62,946 bases of DNA, filler included, from Hyphochytrium catenoides (GCA_900088475.1; 12 parts of 12 records of this genome joined end to end with filler, not necessarily neighbours in it); one strand, 5' to 3'; positions 12,859-25,116 are shown, numbered from the whole stretch's first letter. Program-made: numbers and translations. Notes: a model not told the origin generated them from the letters alone.

Positions 12859-14440
12859 NNNNNNNNNNNNNNNNNNNNNNNNNNNNNNNNNNNNNNNNNN
12901 NNNNNNNNNNNNNNNNNNNNNNNNNNNNNNNNNNNNNNNNNAGAAAGGAAGAAAGAGAGGAGACGCTGGCTGACCTGACGTGAAGGTCATCGTTGGTGGA
13001 GTGCTTGACGAGGAAGACAAGGCATTGGTGTCAAGAAACAGAGGGGAGACGTCTCCCCGGTCTGGGAAGCTGATGGTAGACATCACCCCCGCGCCTCCTC
13101 CACAGACAGTGGAAGCTCCACCAGAGAAGCTCACGCTGATCGGCTGTTCAGAGGGCATCCCAGGCAAAGCCTAAGAGAGAGAGAGACGGGAAACGTCAAT
13201 GAGATGGGAGAGAGAAATGACGAAGCACGAGCTAGGAGGTATTTCGAATAAGAGTATTGTGGGCCGAGGTATGACCTGCGACCCTCGACGTCTCTCTCTC
13301 CCTCTTGATCTCTGTCCCTTCATGTTCCTTCGCTCTCTCGCTCTCTCTGTGGCTGTCTATGTCTCTCTGTCTCTCTGTCTCTTCTTATAGTGTCTCTGTT
13401 TAATAGAACTTTCACCTTCAGCGCCTCAACCAACACTGCTGTGCTGGCACTATGAGGGATGGCAGCGGTCAGCTCCCCGCGATACATCAGCACGAAGCTG
13501 CCCGAGCAGGTCGCACCACAGGCGCAAGTAAGCGTGATGATTTCATCCGTTTGACCCTGAGATGCCACGGAACAGAGAGAGAGAGAGAGAACGAGGAAGG
13601 GGGAAAGATAGGAGGGGAGGTGTTGGCGAAGAGAGATATCGCGACAGGCAGATAGAGAGAGGGACACAGAGATAGAGAGCGAGTTAGAGCGAGAGAGAGG
13701 AAGGAACAGAGAGAGACAGGGAGAGAAGCGAGAGAAAGTGATAGATAAGGCTACAACGGCCGAAGAAGAAAAGTTCTTGGCAAAAGGACGAGGGTTTGGT
13801 CTAGAAGTCTGGGCTGCTGCTGGAAAAGCCCGATGACAGCAAAATGACAGAGAAATTGCAGAGCTGGGTCACTCGCTAAGAGCAGCGCTTCCCCATTTAC
13901 CGTCGTCAAAGGATCATCTCCTCTTGGACATTCCCTTAGAGAGAGACAGAGAGCGCCATTAGCTCAACAAGATAAAAGAGTAGACAATGTCATATCAATT
14001 GACGGGGACCGAGGGAATGTACCTTTAAGTCCACAAGGTGAAGAACGATTGAGGAACGACATGCCAGAGAGGGAGAGAAAGCAAAAGAGGGACATAATAA
14101 AGCGGGGACCGAGGGGAAAAGCGAGAGAGACATTGAGACGGAGGAAGGAGGGAAACGCTAGAAGAGAAGGGTCGAAAGACATCATAAACCTAGAGAGAGA
14201 TCGCTGTACTCGCTAGGTTGTCCAACTACCTGGAAGAGCAATCGTGGCCCATGAAGCCATCATCGCAGACACATCCTTGGACCTTGCGGGCATCCCACGG
14301 CTCTGAGTAGTCCCAGCGATAGAAGAGAGTCCTGCCGTCCACCTTCTGGGCCAGATCTTCCATTGACATGCACGCGCCGTGACCGCTGCAGGCATTCTCA
14401 CAAGCCACTGGCGGCAAGAACGATCGGGAGGCGGAGATAA
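7857..14440 (-). CDS. Large secreted EGF-like/tenascin repeat protein (Sig1/mastigoneme-type EGF modules alternating with beta-rich repeats); 5' truncated, ~18+ exons
   Basis: Repeated CSGHGxC, CPKGRSWFHEP..AHNLMAECSSM, WDARKVQGCVCDDGFMGHDCS, ECPRGDDPLTT, WDAEMIFGCHC and CNNRGFCDHATGVCQCFPGF motifs, plus (TCxCGATCSGxFxLxFxG...VxxALE) repeats. Exons splice in frame across 11000-10628 (LEVAEIFPGAPNTCP/ASLWTPVPIVCSGHGAC). Last exon DRKSGLCVCPKGFESSDG...DCGALVYEN* ends at 7857. Confidence 0.75.
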
Positions 14441-14540
14441 NNNNNNNNNNNNNNNNNNNNNNNNNNNNNNNNNNNNNNNNNNNNTTAATTAATTAANNNN
14501 NNNNNNNNNNNNNNNNNNNNNNNNNNNNNNNNNNNNNNNN
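14441..14540. other. Artificial contig-joining linker N44-TTAATTAATTAA-N44 (also at 17281, 19536, 22629, 35454, 41886, 43200, 55856, 57671, 59764, 61491)
   Basis: Identical 100-nt blocks containing a six-frame stop palindrome flanked by Ns; genes are cut at them. Confidence 0.97.
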
Positions 14541-15099
14541 AGGGGAGAGAGAGAGAGAGAGAGAGAGAGAGTTAAGAGAAGAATAAAAGATGAAGTGTCG
14601 GTGCGGTTGACGTAAGAGAGAAGATGGGAAAGAAGAGAGAGAGCGAGAGAAGAGAGAGAGCAAGAGAGAGTGCGTGAGAAGGGTTGAAGCCGGCCGCGAG
14701 GGACAACACAAACAAGGAGAACAGAAAGAATAAAGGAAGAAAAGTGAGAGGGAAGAGAGAGACAGAAAACTGAGAGAGAGACACAGACACATATGCAGAC
14801 AGAGTAAAAAGAGAAAGAGAGAAAAACGGGAAAAAATTGAAGGAGAGGGCGACGAGAGCGAGAGAAACAGAAGAAGTTAGCGGAGAGAGAAGAGAAAAGT
14901 GGTAGGAGAGAGCAAAAGATAGCAAAAGGGAGAAAGAAAGAGAGAGAAGAAGTCAAGAAAAGGGAAATGAGAAATTACTGAGCTGCACTTGGACACTTTT
15001 TGAGAAAATTTACAGATGAACACCAGGAGAGAGAAGAAGATGGGGAGAAAAGGGACGAGGAGAGAGACGATCAGTAAAGTTAGAGCGTCTCTCTCCTTA

Positions 15100-15215
15100 C
15101 CTGTGGACTGCGGGCGCTGATGACGGCGCGGCGTTCATGGAAATGAGAGACTGACGCCGAGAAGCTCTTGATGAGGCGCCGCGGATCGTCTCCAGATTTG
15201 CCGAGGTCTGCACAC

Positions 15216-15255
<40 letters not shown>

Positions 15256-16353
15256 GAGAGAGAGAATGCGGGATTGAAGAGATAGAATAAATATCCGTGA
15301 GCTCTCTAACTTGCTTCCCCCACAATCTCTTGCTCTCTCTCTCTCTCTCACCTCTATCTGCTTAAGGCCATATCATATCTCCTACACTTCTTCCCAAATT
15401 TCTCTTTCTCCGTTCCTCTCTTTCTCTCTCTTTGTTTTTGTCTTTCTCTCTGTCCTTCAGATCTTTGTTTGCTTGTCTCTCTCTCTGTCTCTTTTTTCTC
15501 TCTCTCTCTCATTTCCTCTCCCTCGTAGTAAATTACCGATGCCTCTTGCCAGGCCAGCTGGAACTCGTTTCCGATAATCGCAAGCGGCATGGAGAGAAAG
15601 AGAGCGCCCGCAATCATGGCGACGGCACCGATGAGACGACCCATTAAAGTCGCGGGAACCATGTCGCCATACCCCGCTGAGGTCATTCTAAGAAATATCG
15701 GAGTGAGCCACAGAGAGAGAGAGACAGACAGACACACAGAAAGAGAGAGAGACACAACACACACAGAGAGAGAGAGCGAAAGAAGAGAGAAAGGAGAGAG
15801 AACGAAGAGAGAAAAAAGAGAATAAGAAGAGAGAAAGAACAGAGAAAGAACAGAGAAAGAACAGAGAAAGAAGAGAGAAAGAACAGAGAAAGAAGAGAGA
15901 AAGAACAGAGAAAGAACAGAGAAAGAAGAGAGAAAGAACAGAGAGCAAGAAGAGAAAAAGAAGAGAGAGAAGAAGGACAGGAGTGGGGAAGAGAGAGGGA
16001 GAGCGAAGAGAGCGAAAGAGAAGAAAAGGAAAGAGGAAGAGGTGAAAAGAAAGGCAGAGAGAGAAGTAAGAAATAAAAAAAAAAGAACAGAAGATTGTGA
16101 GATACATAGAGGCATAAGCGAGGGAACGACGGGGGAGAGGAGAAGAAAGGCAGAGAGAAAAAAAGGGGAAGAAAACGTGAGAAAGAGAGAGAGACATATA
16201 CAGAGGAGGAGATTGTCAAGTGTGTAAAGAGGAGCGGAAGAGAGACAAGAGAGGGAAAGAGTAACAAAAGGGGGAAGAGTAATAAGAAGAGAGGGAGAAA
16301 AAAAGAGAGAAAGAGAGAGAAAGAGAGAGAAAGAGAGAGAGGGCGAGAGCGAG

Positions 16354-16395
<42 letters not shown>

Positions 16396-16734
16396 GCCAG
16401 CCAAACTTCAGCACTCCTTACGTGGTGACGATATAATAGGCCGAGTTATAGATGTCAGAGAAGTGGCAAGGCTCCTCAACTGTGTAGCAATCCTCGAAGA
16501 AGAAGACCAGCGCCCCCAAGCACATTGTCATCACGAAGAAACAGAACAGCTGGATGTGCAAGAGTGAGAGCGAGGACATGGGACAGGAGAAAGAAGAAAG
16601 AGAGAGAGAAAACAAGAGGCAAAGAGAGAGAGAGAGAGAGAAAGGAGAGGAACAAAAACTCTAGGTAAGGATTCCTTCCCTGGTCGAACGGTTGTTAGCT
16701 GGAGCAAAGAGCGGCGTCTCCTTACCCTCTCATA

Positions 16735-16766
<32 letters not shown>

Positions 16767-16860
16767 ACACTCTCTCTCTCTCATTCTCTTACCGGTACAA
16801 ACAAAGGCTTGGCAGACTCAGTCAGTGTTTTGATGATAATCGGAGCGCCTTGCCAGTGCT
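15100..16860 (-). CDS. Voltage-gated (Kv-like) potassium channel, partial (S4-S5 linker, S5, pore, S6, start of C-tail)
   Basis: Exons ~16858-16793 (HWQGAPIIIKTLTESAKPLFVP), ~16550-16422 (LFCFFVMTMCLGALVFFFED...FSDIYNSAYYIVT), 15687-~15536 (TMTSAGYGDMVPATLMGRLIGAVAMIAGALFLSMPLAIIGNEF) and a probable ~15207-15101 exon. Confidence 0.85.
15825..15945 (+). repeat. 11-bp minisatellite (AGAGAAAGAA[C/G])n inside K-channel intron
   Basis: About 10 tandem copies visible. Confidence 0.8.
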
Positions 16861-17399
16861 AGAGACAAAATGGCGAAGAGATGTAAACAACAGGATCAGA
16901 GAGAGAAAAAGAGAAAGACGAGAGAGAAAAAGCGAAAGATAAATGGAGGCAGACTGAGACAATCGATGACTGAGACAGAGAAAGAGCCAGAGAGCCACCT
17001 AGAGAATGGGGCGCCCAAGAGGAAAGGAGAGAAGAGAAAAGAAGAGAATACAAGGAAAGAGAAGAGAAGAGACGATAAGACAGAGAAGACCACAGGGAAG
17101 ACAAGAGAGGGGGGAGAAGACACGAGAAGACGACAAAAGAGAGGAAAGGAGAAGGAAGCCAGGATATAAGGAAGAAAACCAGGGAAAGACAAGACATCAG
17201 AAGAGAGACAGACACACACCGCACAAAATGAGAGAGACACGCACAGAGAGGAAACAGAGAGAGAGAGAGAGAGAGAGAGANNNNNNNNNNNNNNNNNNNN
17301 NNNNNNNNNNNNNNNNNNNNNNNNTTAATTAATTAANNNNNNNNNNNNNNNNNNNNNNNNNNNNNNNNNNNNNNNNNNNNGAGGCGAGCTAAGAGGGAA

Positions 17400-18200
17400 G
17401 ACAAGAAGGAAGAAACGAAGGCTGGAGAGCCAATAGGAGCCCCAACCAAGGAGCACTACTCCAGACGGAGAGACACGTTTAATAGCCGGAGGAAAGTCTT
17501 CTAAAGCCGAGGTTTCGGGAAGGCCACCATAGCTCGCATTTCCCAAGGTTCAAAGAGAGACCAAGGGAAGGGGAGAGATCGTTGATGAGCTTAAGGGCCT
17601 GAAGAACAGAAGCATGGCGTCCTATCAAGGTGCCATCATCAAGGTACCAAGTATGCAAGAGGAGGTCAGGAGCTACCTCCCGCAATTTGGTAACCAAGGG
17701 CTGCAGAGCGAGAGAGAACAGAAGAGGGCCCAAAGGATCACCCTACTGGACCCCGGAGGAGCTAGAGAGACGGAAGGGGCCATAAAAAAGATGGGACGAC
17801 TGGCCGTAACAGAACCTCACCCAGGGGTAGAGAGAGGGGAAGTGGAGGCGGACCTGATCCAGAAGAACCGATCTACTGACACAATTGAAGGCATTAGAGA
17901 AGTCCACCTTGAGCATAACCAGATCTGGATCGTCACCATGTTCATCATCCACCACTCGTCTCAATCACCGCATGAACAACGGCTTCCGACCCGGCCCGCA
18001 CCGCCACCCCAATCTGGAGAGGAGAGAGATAAACACTAACATCAGACTTTACCTTGGCGCAGCAGCTCTTGGCAACCAACCGCCGAAACGTTTCGCCAAC
18101 AGCAATAGGCCTTACACCTCCAGTGTCCTTCCGAAGCCCACCATAGAGAGGGGCACTGGCCAAAAAAAAGGTACAGTAAGTGGTAAAGGTGGGTGGGGAG
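17400..18200 (-). mobile_element. Non-LTR retrotransposon reverse transcriptase fragment, CRE-clade-like, pseudogenised
   Basis: GGVRPIAVGETFRRL, PLQIGVAVRAGSEAVVHA, KVDFSNAFN, GVQ*GDPLGPLLFSL, WYLDDG; one frameshift (~17960) and an in-frame TAG (17743-17745). Confidence 0.88.
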
Positions 18201-18987
18201 CGGCTTCCACTAAAGGCCAATATTGCCCACAATATATCTGCCAAAGGCGAGGTGGGCAGCTTTTTGAACCTGACAATTAGTCCTATACAAGCGTCGGTCC
18301 AGAAACAGCAAGCCAGCCAATGACGTGGTGGTAGTGTCCAATAATCTTTATGGAATGGGAGGAAGGAAAACAAGGTGCTCACCAGCAACGTTGAAGCCAA
18401 TTCCTGTAGATACTTCTTGCTTCTTTTAGGCTGTTATGTTGGAGTGGAGCATTCAACCACTATTGAGTGAATTTTCGCCACTGGCTCTACGTACTCCATT
18501 ATTCATCTTTTTAGAGAAAAACAGGGATGGTCTAGGACCTCAACTACAAGCCGAACTGCACAGAATGCTCGATTCTTCAGTAGGAGTCTTAGCCAACGCA
18601 TTGGCGGACAAAAAATGCTCCATTGAAGCAAGTGAGATAAGGCTTAGATGATGGAACAAGCGCTCATCTATAAAAGACAGTTTTCTTTTTCACTATCAAG
18701 TTTATAAGGGCGAGGAATGAAGAGGATAAATAGACTTTATAGTTACTATAAGGGACTGACAGCAAGCCAACAAATGCTTTTCAAAGTAGAGGTGTAGAAC
18801 TTTTTCCAGCACTTACTACTGACTGCAATCTCAGCTTCCGATTCGCCTAGTTATCCACAACGATCCCCGCCCCCACCCTCGCAACTAAAGGTATGTAAAC
18901 TGGTGGGCTTTTTGGGCTGGTGTTGGTGAGGTCACTGGCCAATTTCTCTCTTCCAACAAGCAGAACACAACTAATAAAACATTTGCC

Positions 18988-19535
18988 GTGATAGACTTCT
19001 CATCAGAAGAGCTGCAGAAAGAAACCGCGATCATCATGCAGAAAGAGCAGGAGATTGCCGATGATGGCAACAGTTCGCCAACCTCCACAACCATGATTCA
19101 GGCGTCAGCAACACAGCTCTCCTTCTCCTTAATTGGATCTCCGGAAGTGGAGGGAGAAGAATATTCGTGTATCCGCTTCTCAATCAGTCCTGATAGTCAC
19201 GGGGTTGCCATAGTAATTTCCAAACGCGAGGGATCAGAGTCCTTGTGGAATGGTCTGTTGACTCTCGCTGATTCTGGTGATGATTCCTTGGCATCACGTT
19301 TTCTTTTGCTGGAAGCTGGCCATCTAAACGATGTTGGTTCTTGCGGTTTTAAAAGTGTGATCCCATTGCATCAGGTAGTATCAACCCCTGATAGGCGTAT
19401 GAGAGGCACGTTCGATCTCTACGACCAGAATGGAAGCAATCGAGGAACGATAAGCCTCGCACTCACTATTGTTGAGAACCCCTTTTTTTCTTCAGGGGTC
19501 TCTATAGCAAGGAATATTCTTCTTCTTGATTCCTT
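18988..19535 (+). CDS. Hypothetical protein, truncated by linker; C-terminal part weakly C2-like
   Basis: About 180 open codons; RGTFDLYDQNGSNRGTISLALTIVE resembles terminal C2 strands. Confidence 0.3.
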
Positions 19536-19754
19536 NNNNNNNNNNNNNNNNNNNNNNNNNNNNNNNNNNNNNNNNNNNNTTAATTAATTAANNNNNNNNN
19601 NNNNNNNNNNNNNNNNNNNNNNNNNNNNNNNNNNNAGAGAGACTTGACTCCGACGAGAGGAGAGGAAGGAGATGTCAGGAAGTGAAAGGGAGGTTGACAA
19701 ACGATAGAGGGAAAGAAGCAGAGAGGTGAAGAGGAAAGAGAGAGAGGGAACTCA

Positions 19755-20089
19755 CCGGCAACCATCTTGGTCGGGCTTCCAAGAGATGGCAAGCTCATTT
19801 TCCGGTCAGCGTCCATAGCATTGTACAGCGAAGATCGGAGCTGGCTCTTCTTCTCTTTGTAAGCCTTATTTCATCTCTCAGCTCTGTCCTCTCTTGGAAG
19901 GCGAGAGTCTTCTAAGCTTCTGATGCATTTTTGTGCTTCTCAAGATTCTTTTGCGCCCTTCACATGCTCTGCCGCTTTCGCTCTTCTAGAAATTCGAGGT
20001 AAGAAGGGTCCAGCTACAGATTCAAAGGGATGGGAAAAGCGATGAAGTGAGAGAGAGAGAGGACGAGAGAAAGACCAATAGAGAGAGGA

Positions 20090-20126
<37 letters not shown>

Positions 20127-20865
20127 GAGGAAGAGAGAGAAGGAAGAAGAAGGTGAGGGGAGAAGAAGCAGGGAGGAAAGAGGAGGAAGAGAGAGCAAAA
20201 GAGAGGAGAGCAAGGGAGGAAGAGGGATGGGGTATGGGGACAGGAAGGGAAGGGAAGGAATATAGGTAGTAGTTGGGATTTTAGGCGAGAGGAGGAAAGA
20301 GAGAAGGGATGTCCCAAGGAGAAGAGAGAGAAAGAGATAAGGGAAGTGTCTAGAGAAGAGAGGAGACAGAAATAAAGAGAGAGGTAAGGGTGAAGGGAAA
20401 GAGCAAGACAGTGACAGTAAGAAAGAAAGTAAGAGACAGAGAAAGAGAGAGACTCATACTATATATTATAGAGAGACACAGACCGAGAAAGAAAGTCCCG
20501 CTTCAGAGACTTACTAAGTTTCTCCCGAACAATCTTCGCCATCCATTTCTCTCTCTCTCTCGCTTTATTCTGCGCCTTGCTCAACTCTAAACCCTGCTGC
20601 TTCAGCGTCTGACTGAGCTTGATCGTCTGCCTGATCTGACTGTGGTTCTGGATCTTTCTCCACCTCAGCATTGCGAGCTGAGAGATCTCCTCTTCTTCTC
20701 TCTCTTTGTTGACTCTCTCTCCTCTTTCCATTTGGTGGAGAAGGAAGGAGAAGAGGAGAGGAAGAAGGAGAACGAAGAAAAGAGAGAAGGGTCTTCATGA
20801 TCCGCGACCTTGATTGTATAGAGAAGACTCCGCTCCATCGCACTCTTTCTTCTGCCAGTTAACAT
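19755..20865 (-). CDS. Fragmentary multi-exon gene, unknown product
   Basis: Non-repetitive coding-like segments (EEISQLAMLRWRKIQNHSQIRQTIKLSQTLKQQG; LRSSLYNAMDADRKMSLPSLGSPTKMVA followed by donor gtgagt) between CT-rich intron-like tracts. Confidence 0.35.
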
Positions 20866-21284
20866 ATACTCTCTCTCCTTAGCGTCTTTTCGTTTTACCC
20901 AATGCCGAAGCGTTCAAAGTCTTCTCCACCGATAAGCCCTTTCTCCACTCTTTGTCCCTCTATTTCACTGTCCAAGCTCCTCTATCTACTTCAGTGAGTC
21001 CAGTTCTCACTGTCTATCAACTGTCTCTCTTTATGCGTCTCTCTCTCTCTTTCTCTCTCTGGTCCCCGGTCTCTCTTTTTCCGTTCTGCGCTAAGGAAGT
21101 GACTGCTGAAGCGGAGACGATGAAAGAGGAAGCTCCAGCGTTAGCAGCTACCGTCTCCTCCCCAACTAGAGAGATACTCTTGAGACTAGTAGTGAAGGAA
21201 GTTAATGAGATGTAGGACTATGGTGCTTATAAGCGAGGTAGAGGAAAACGAGTTGAGAGAGAGAGAGAGAGAGAGAGAGGAGGA

Positions 21285-21319
<35 letters not shown>

Positions 21320-21444
21320 GACAGAGACACAGAGAGAGACAGAGAGAGAGAGAGAGAGGGGGAGGGAGAGAGACACAGAGACAGAGATAGAGAAAAGAAG
21401 GCTAATAGTCAGTCAAATATCTGAGTGTTCATCGTCTTCCAGCG

Positions 21445-21820
21445 CGTCCACACTATCGTTTCTCGGGAATCACTGCTGCACTATCATCCTCCTGCTGTTC
21501 AACCCTGTCTTCCCTTCCCTTGCGTGTAAAGCCATCATCATCTTGTACCACCTACACTATGGCTTCTCGTCTCGGCAACCACTGCACTATCCTTCTGCTG
21601 TTCAGCCCTGTCTTCCCTTGCGTAAAGCCATCATCATCTTGTACCACCTACACTATCGCTTCTCGTCTCGGGAATCACTGCTGCACTATCTTTCTGCTGT
21701 TCAGCCCTGTCTTCCCTTGCGTGTAAAGCCATCATCATCTTGCTCCACTATCGCTTCTCGTCTCGGCAACCACTGCACTATCCTTCTGCTTTTCAACTCT
21801 GTCTTCCCTTGAGTGTAAGC
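21445..21820 (+). repeat. ~95-bp tandem repeat, ~4 copies
   Basis: Unit GTAAAGCCATCATCATCTTGTACCACCTACACTATCGCTTCTCGTCTCGG...CTGTCTTCCCTTG recurs at ~21525, 21622 and 21723, plus a partial copy from ~21450. Confidence 0.9.
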
Positions 21821-22304
21821 CATTGCCTTGATGTAAGCTATCATCAGCACCACAAGACGACTCCAATGTAGAAGATGAGGCGGCAGCAGTGATGATGGAA
21901 GAGCCGCTCGGAGGAGGGAGGGGGAGGAGGAGCTCGCAGATCCCAGACTCTGCCTCTTCAACCAGTTTAAAAATACTGCAGACGTCGTTTGGATAAAGTG
22001 GTCGTCCACACAGTGGGCGATCCTCTAAGTGGGAGACAATCCCTGTGGCATAAGGGGCTGCAGAGAAAATCAGTAAGAAGCTGGTCTTGGATAATCAATT
22101 CCCTTGGCAGTAATTCCGTCATTGTACTTATCCAAGTAACCCCATGCCTAAACACTAAAGCTCATGAAAGCAATTCCAATTCCTCCCACGTGGTACTTTT
22201 ACTTATACCCAGTCTCCAACACATGAGTCACTGATTGATCTCTTCATGGCCGCATCAGACATTAGAGCTGACCAAGACATTATCTTCCTCTGTCACGGCT
22301 ACCA

Positions 22305-22565
22305 AGCAGGCAAGCACAGAGGCTAACTAAGGGCACGAAGGCAGCACTCAGGCAGGCAGGCAGGCAGGCAGGCAAGCACACAGGCTAACTAAGGGCACGA
22401 AGACAGCACTGAGGCAGGCAAGCAGGCAGGCAAGCACAGAGGCTAACTAAGGGCACGAAGACAGCACTCAGGCAGGCAGGCAGGCAGGCAGGAAGGCAGG
22501 CAGGCAAGCACACAGGCTAACTAAGGGCACGAAGACAGCACTCAGGCAGGCAAGCAGGCAGGCAC
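22305..22565 (+). repeat. ~60-bp tandem repeat (AAGCACAGAGGCTAACTAAGGGCACGAAGACAGCACTCAGGCAGG) x4 with (CAGG)n spacers
   Basis: Four near-identical units directly visible. Confidence 0.9.
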
Positions 22566-22779
22566 AGCGGCAGGCACGCATTGTGATCAGCGCATGATCA
22601 GTAGTTCTACCTCATCAGGCTGCTCTTCNNNNNNNNNNNNNNNNNNNNNNNNNNNNNNNNNNNNNNNNNNNNTTAATTAATTAANNNNNNNNNNNNNNNN
22701 NNNNNNNNNNNNNNNNNNNNNNNNNNNNGAGAGAGAGAGAGAGTGAGAGAGGGAGTAAGAGATGGAGAGCGAAATCTGC

Positions 22780-23549
22780 AAAAGAAGACTTATCTGGAAG
22801 TGTAACTCTTGGCTAAGTGTTCTCTCCCTTCCATCCTCTCTCCCCCTCCTTCTCTCTCTCTCTCTCCCAGATATATATCTGTCTTTCTCTCTCTATGTCT
22901 CCCTCTGTCTCTCTCTCATCTCTCTCTCCTTTTTCTCCGCGCAGCAGTCACTAACCTTAACTCTGTCCTTCTCGTTCTGAAAGACAGAAAATTGGGCAGA
23001 CGTCGCGATGAGGGATTCTTCCTACCAAACGAAAAAGTGAAGAGGGAAGGTTAGCAATGAGAGAAATAGGTCCCATAGAGGCAAAGGAGGAGGGAGAGAC
23101 ACAAGAAGAGAGAGGGAGAACGAGAGACACAGGGGGCAAAGAGAGAGTAAGAGGGAGAGAGACAAAGAAAGGAGTCAGAGAAATAAGGAAGAGAGGGAGA
23201 CACAGGAATCAGAGGGACAAGGACAAACAGAGATGGGGAAAAGAGAGAGATAGAATAAGTTATATATAGAGAGAGACATCAGTGAGGATAACTCAAGCTC
23301 CACCATACCTCTTCTCCCTCTCCGGCTTCATTTCTCTTTCTCTCTTCTCCTTCCTCTTCCTCCTCATCACTTGAGCTCTCGGAGAGAAACTCTGCCAGAT
23401 CTGCATCGGGAGGGACGGGAGGGAGAGCCTTCAACTTCCTTTTAAGGTTGATTCTGTGCAAGTCCGAGCGCTTGTGCTCCTTCAGCGCTGATGCTTCCGG
23501 ACATTGAAGAGAACAGCTCTGACAGGTGAAGAGTGTGTCTAAGAGACAT

Positions 23550-23594
<45 letters not shown>

Positions 23595-24111
23595 AGAGAA
23601 AGAGACAGGGAGTGAAGATTTAGCCAGAGAGAAGGATCAGCAAGAACAAGGGAGTAAGGCGAGAGTAAGACGGGAGGTAGATTACCGAGAGAGACAAGAG
23701 AGTAAGAGACAAGTGAGGAGAAGGAAAGAGGGGAAACGCCGATGACGGTGAGAGAGAACAAATGAAGAGAGATTGGGGTCAGTTGAATGGATATGATGAA
23801 GTCAGGAGCAGACCATCGAAAAGAGGCGGAAGAGAAAGAAGTGAGCTCTTCTTAGGAAGGTAGAGGGAAGAAAAGAGAGGGACATTGACAGAGAGGCAAA
23901 GCTTACTGTCGCGGGTTCCACTCGCCTCCTTAGCAACTTCTCTTTCTCTCTCCCCCTGTTTCTCTCCTCGAGCTGCGGAGCGCAATCCGTGCGCAAGGTC
24001 ATCGCTGAGCTCAAACAGGAAGAGTTCTTCCCTTTTGGCCGTTCTTCCTCTAGCAGTCTCGCCTTTCTTCTTGCGAGGAGAGGTGCCTACAGCGCCATTC
24101 CCCCCTTCCAT
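22780..24111 (-). CDS. ANKZF1: ANKZF1/Vms1-like C2H2 zinc-finger protein, N-terminal part (3' truncated)
   Basis: N-terminal LFLFELSDDL, then FTCQSCSLQCPEASALKEHKRSDLHRINLKRKLKALPPV, an acidic SSSDEEE stretch, then FSVFQNEKDRVK. This layout fits ANKZF1/Vms1; Rei1/ZNF622 shares the zinc finger but has it at the extreme N-terminus. Confidence 0.65.
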
Positions 24112-24391
24112 TGTCAGTGCTCTCCACTATACCTGGCTGTGCCTGTGTCTCTCTTACTCTCTCTCTTTCTCTCTCTCTGTTCTGCTTTCCCCTCTCGCTC
24201 TTTGACGAATACTGGCAAGTCTTCGTGCTTGAACAGTAAGGTCCAATCGCAACTGAAAGTCTGAGAGTGATGCAGAAAGCAAGGAGGGCAGGCTAATTGC
24301 CATCAAACAGAGAGAGAGAGTGAGAGAGGAAAAAGCGAGAAGAGAAAGGAGGGAGACAGAGGGAGATAAGACACAGGTGAAGGAAGAAGGG

Positions 24392-24443
<52 letters not shown>

Positions 24444-25116
24444 TGAGAGAGAGAGAAAGAGCGGAAGTCATAGGGTTTATGAGAACGAAAAAGAGGAAGC
24501 TGACAGATCTGTGCTTATACGACAATCCTGGGTCATGCCCTGGGAGAAAGTACAGTCATGGCCACCATTTATTCATAAGCAATAGATAAGAATATGTATA
24601 TTGTGCTCTATGTGGTTGATTTACGTCATTTACTGGGTCAGTGATAAGAATCGGGAGTGATGGTCGTCCTCTGGCTAGCTCCCAGTCTTTCACTTTCTCT
24701 CTCTCTCTCTCGAGTCTGCCGTAGCTTCTTCCTCTCATTCTCCTCTGGCCTCGAAGTGGATTGGCCGTAAAACTATTGTCTTCTCAATGCATCCTCTCTC
24801 TAGAGTACAGGGGGCGTATAGAGCGGCATATCTAACTAAGAGTGAGAATAAGAGGCCAACAAGCGAGAGAGAGAGAGAGACAAGCATCCGTACAGGGCCA
24901 CATGCTTGCTGTTCCTGTGCGCACTTAATACTTTGGAAGGCAAAGCTTTACTGAGTATCCCTTCTCTCTCTCTCTTCCTTCTCCAAGGTTGCAGAAGCTA
25001 TGAAGAAAGTAAGGCTGCAAGTGCACCAAAGAAATCCTTTAAAATTGTTAGTCCATCTAAACGACAAGAAATAATGGAGAAAGAGAGGAGAGCGACAGAG
25101 AAGACTGGACTCTGCC

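Noticed and set aside
14485-14496. Recurrent TTAATTAATTAA palindrome as a biological repeat or CRISPR-like array
   Set aside because: Always centred in exactly 100-nt N blocks; an assembly linker.
15354-16414. Long S/L/F-rich or E/R-rich ORFs (also 56621-57430, 36229-36642 and others)
   Set aside because: Translations of CT/GA microsatellite introns lacking stop codons.
17743-17745. Stop-codon reassignment (TAG=Gln in GVQ*GDP)
   Set aside because: In the copia relic TAG replaces Trp, and host genes end at TAG/TAA/TGA normally; consistent with TE decay.
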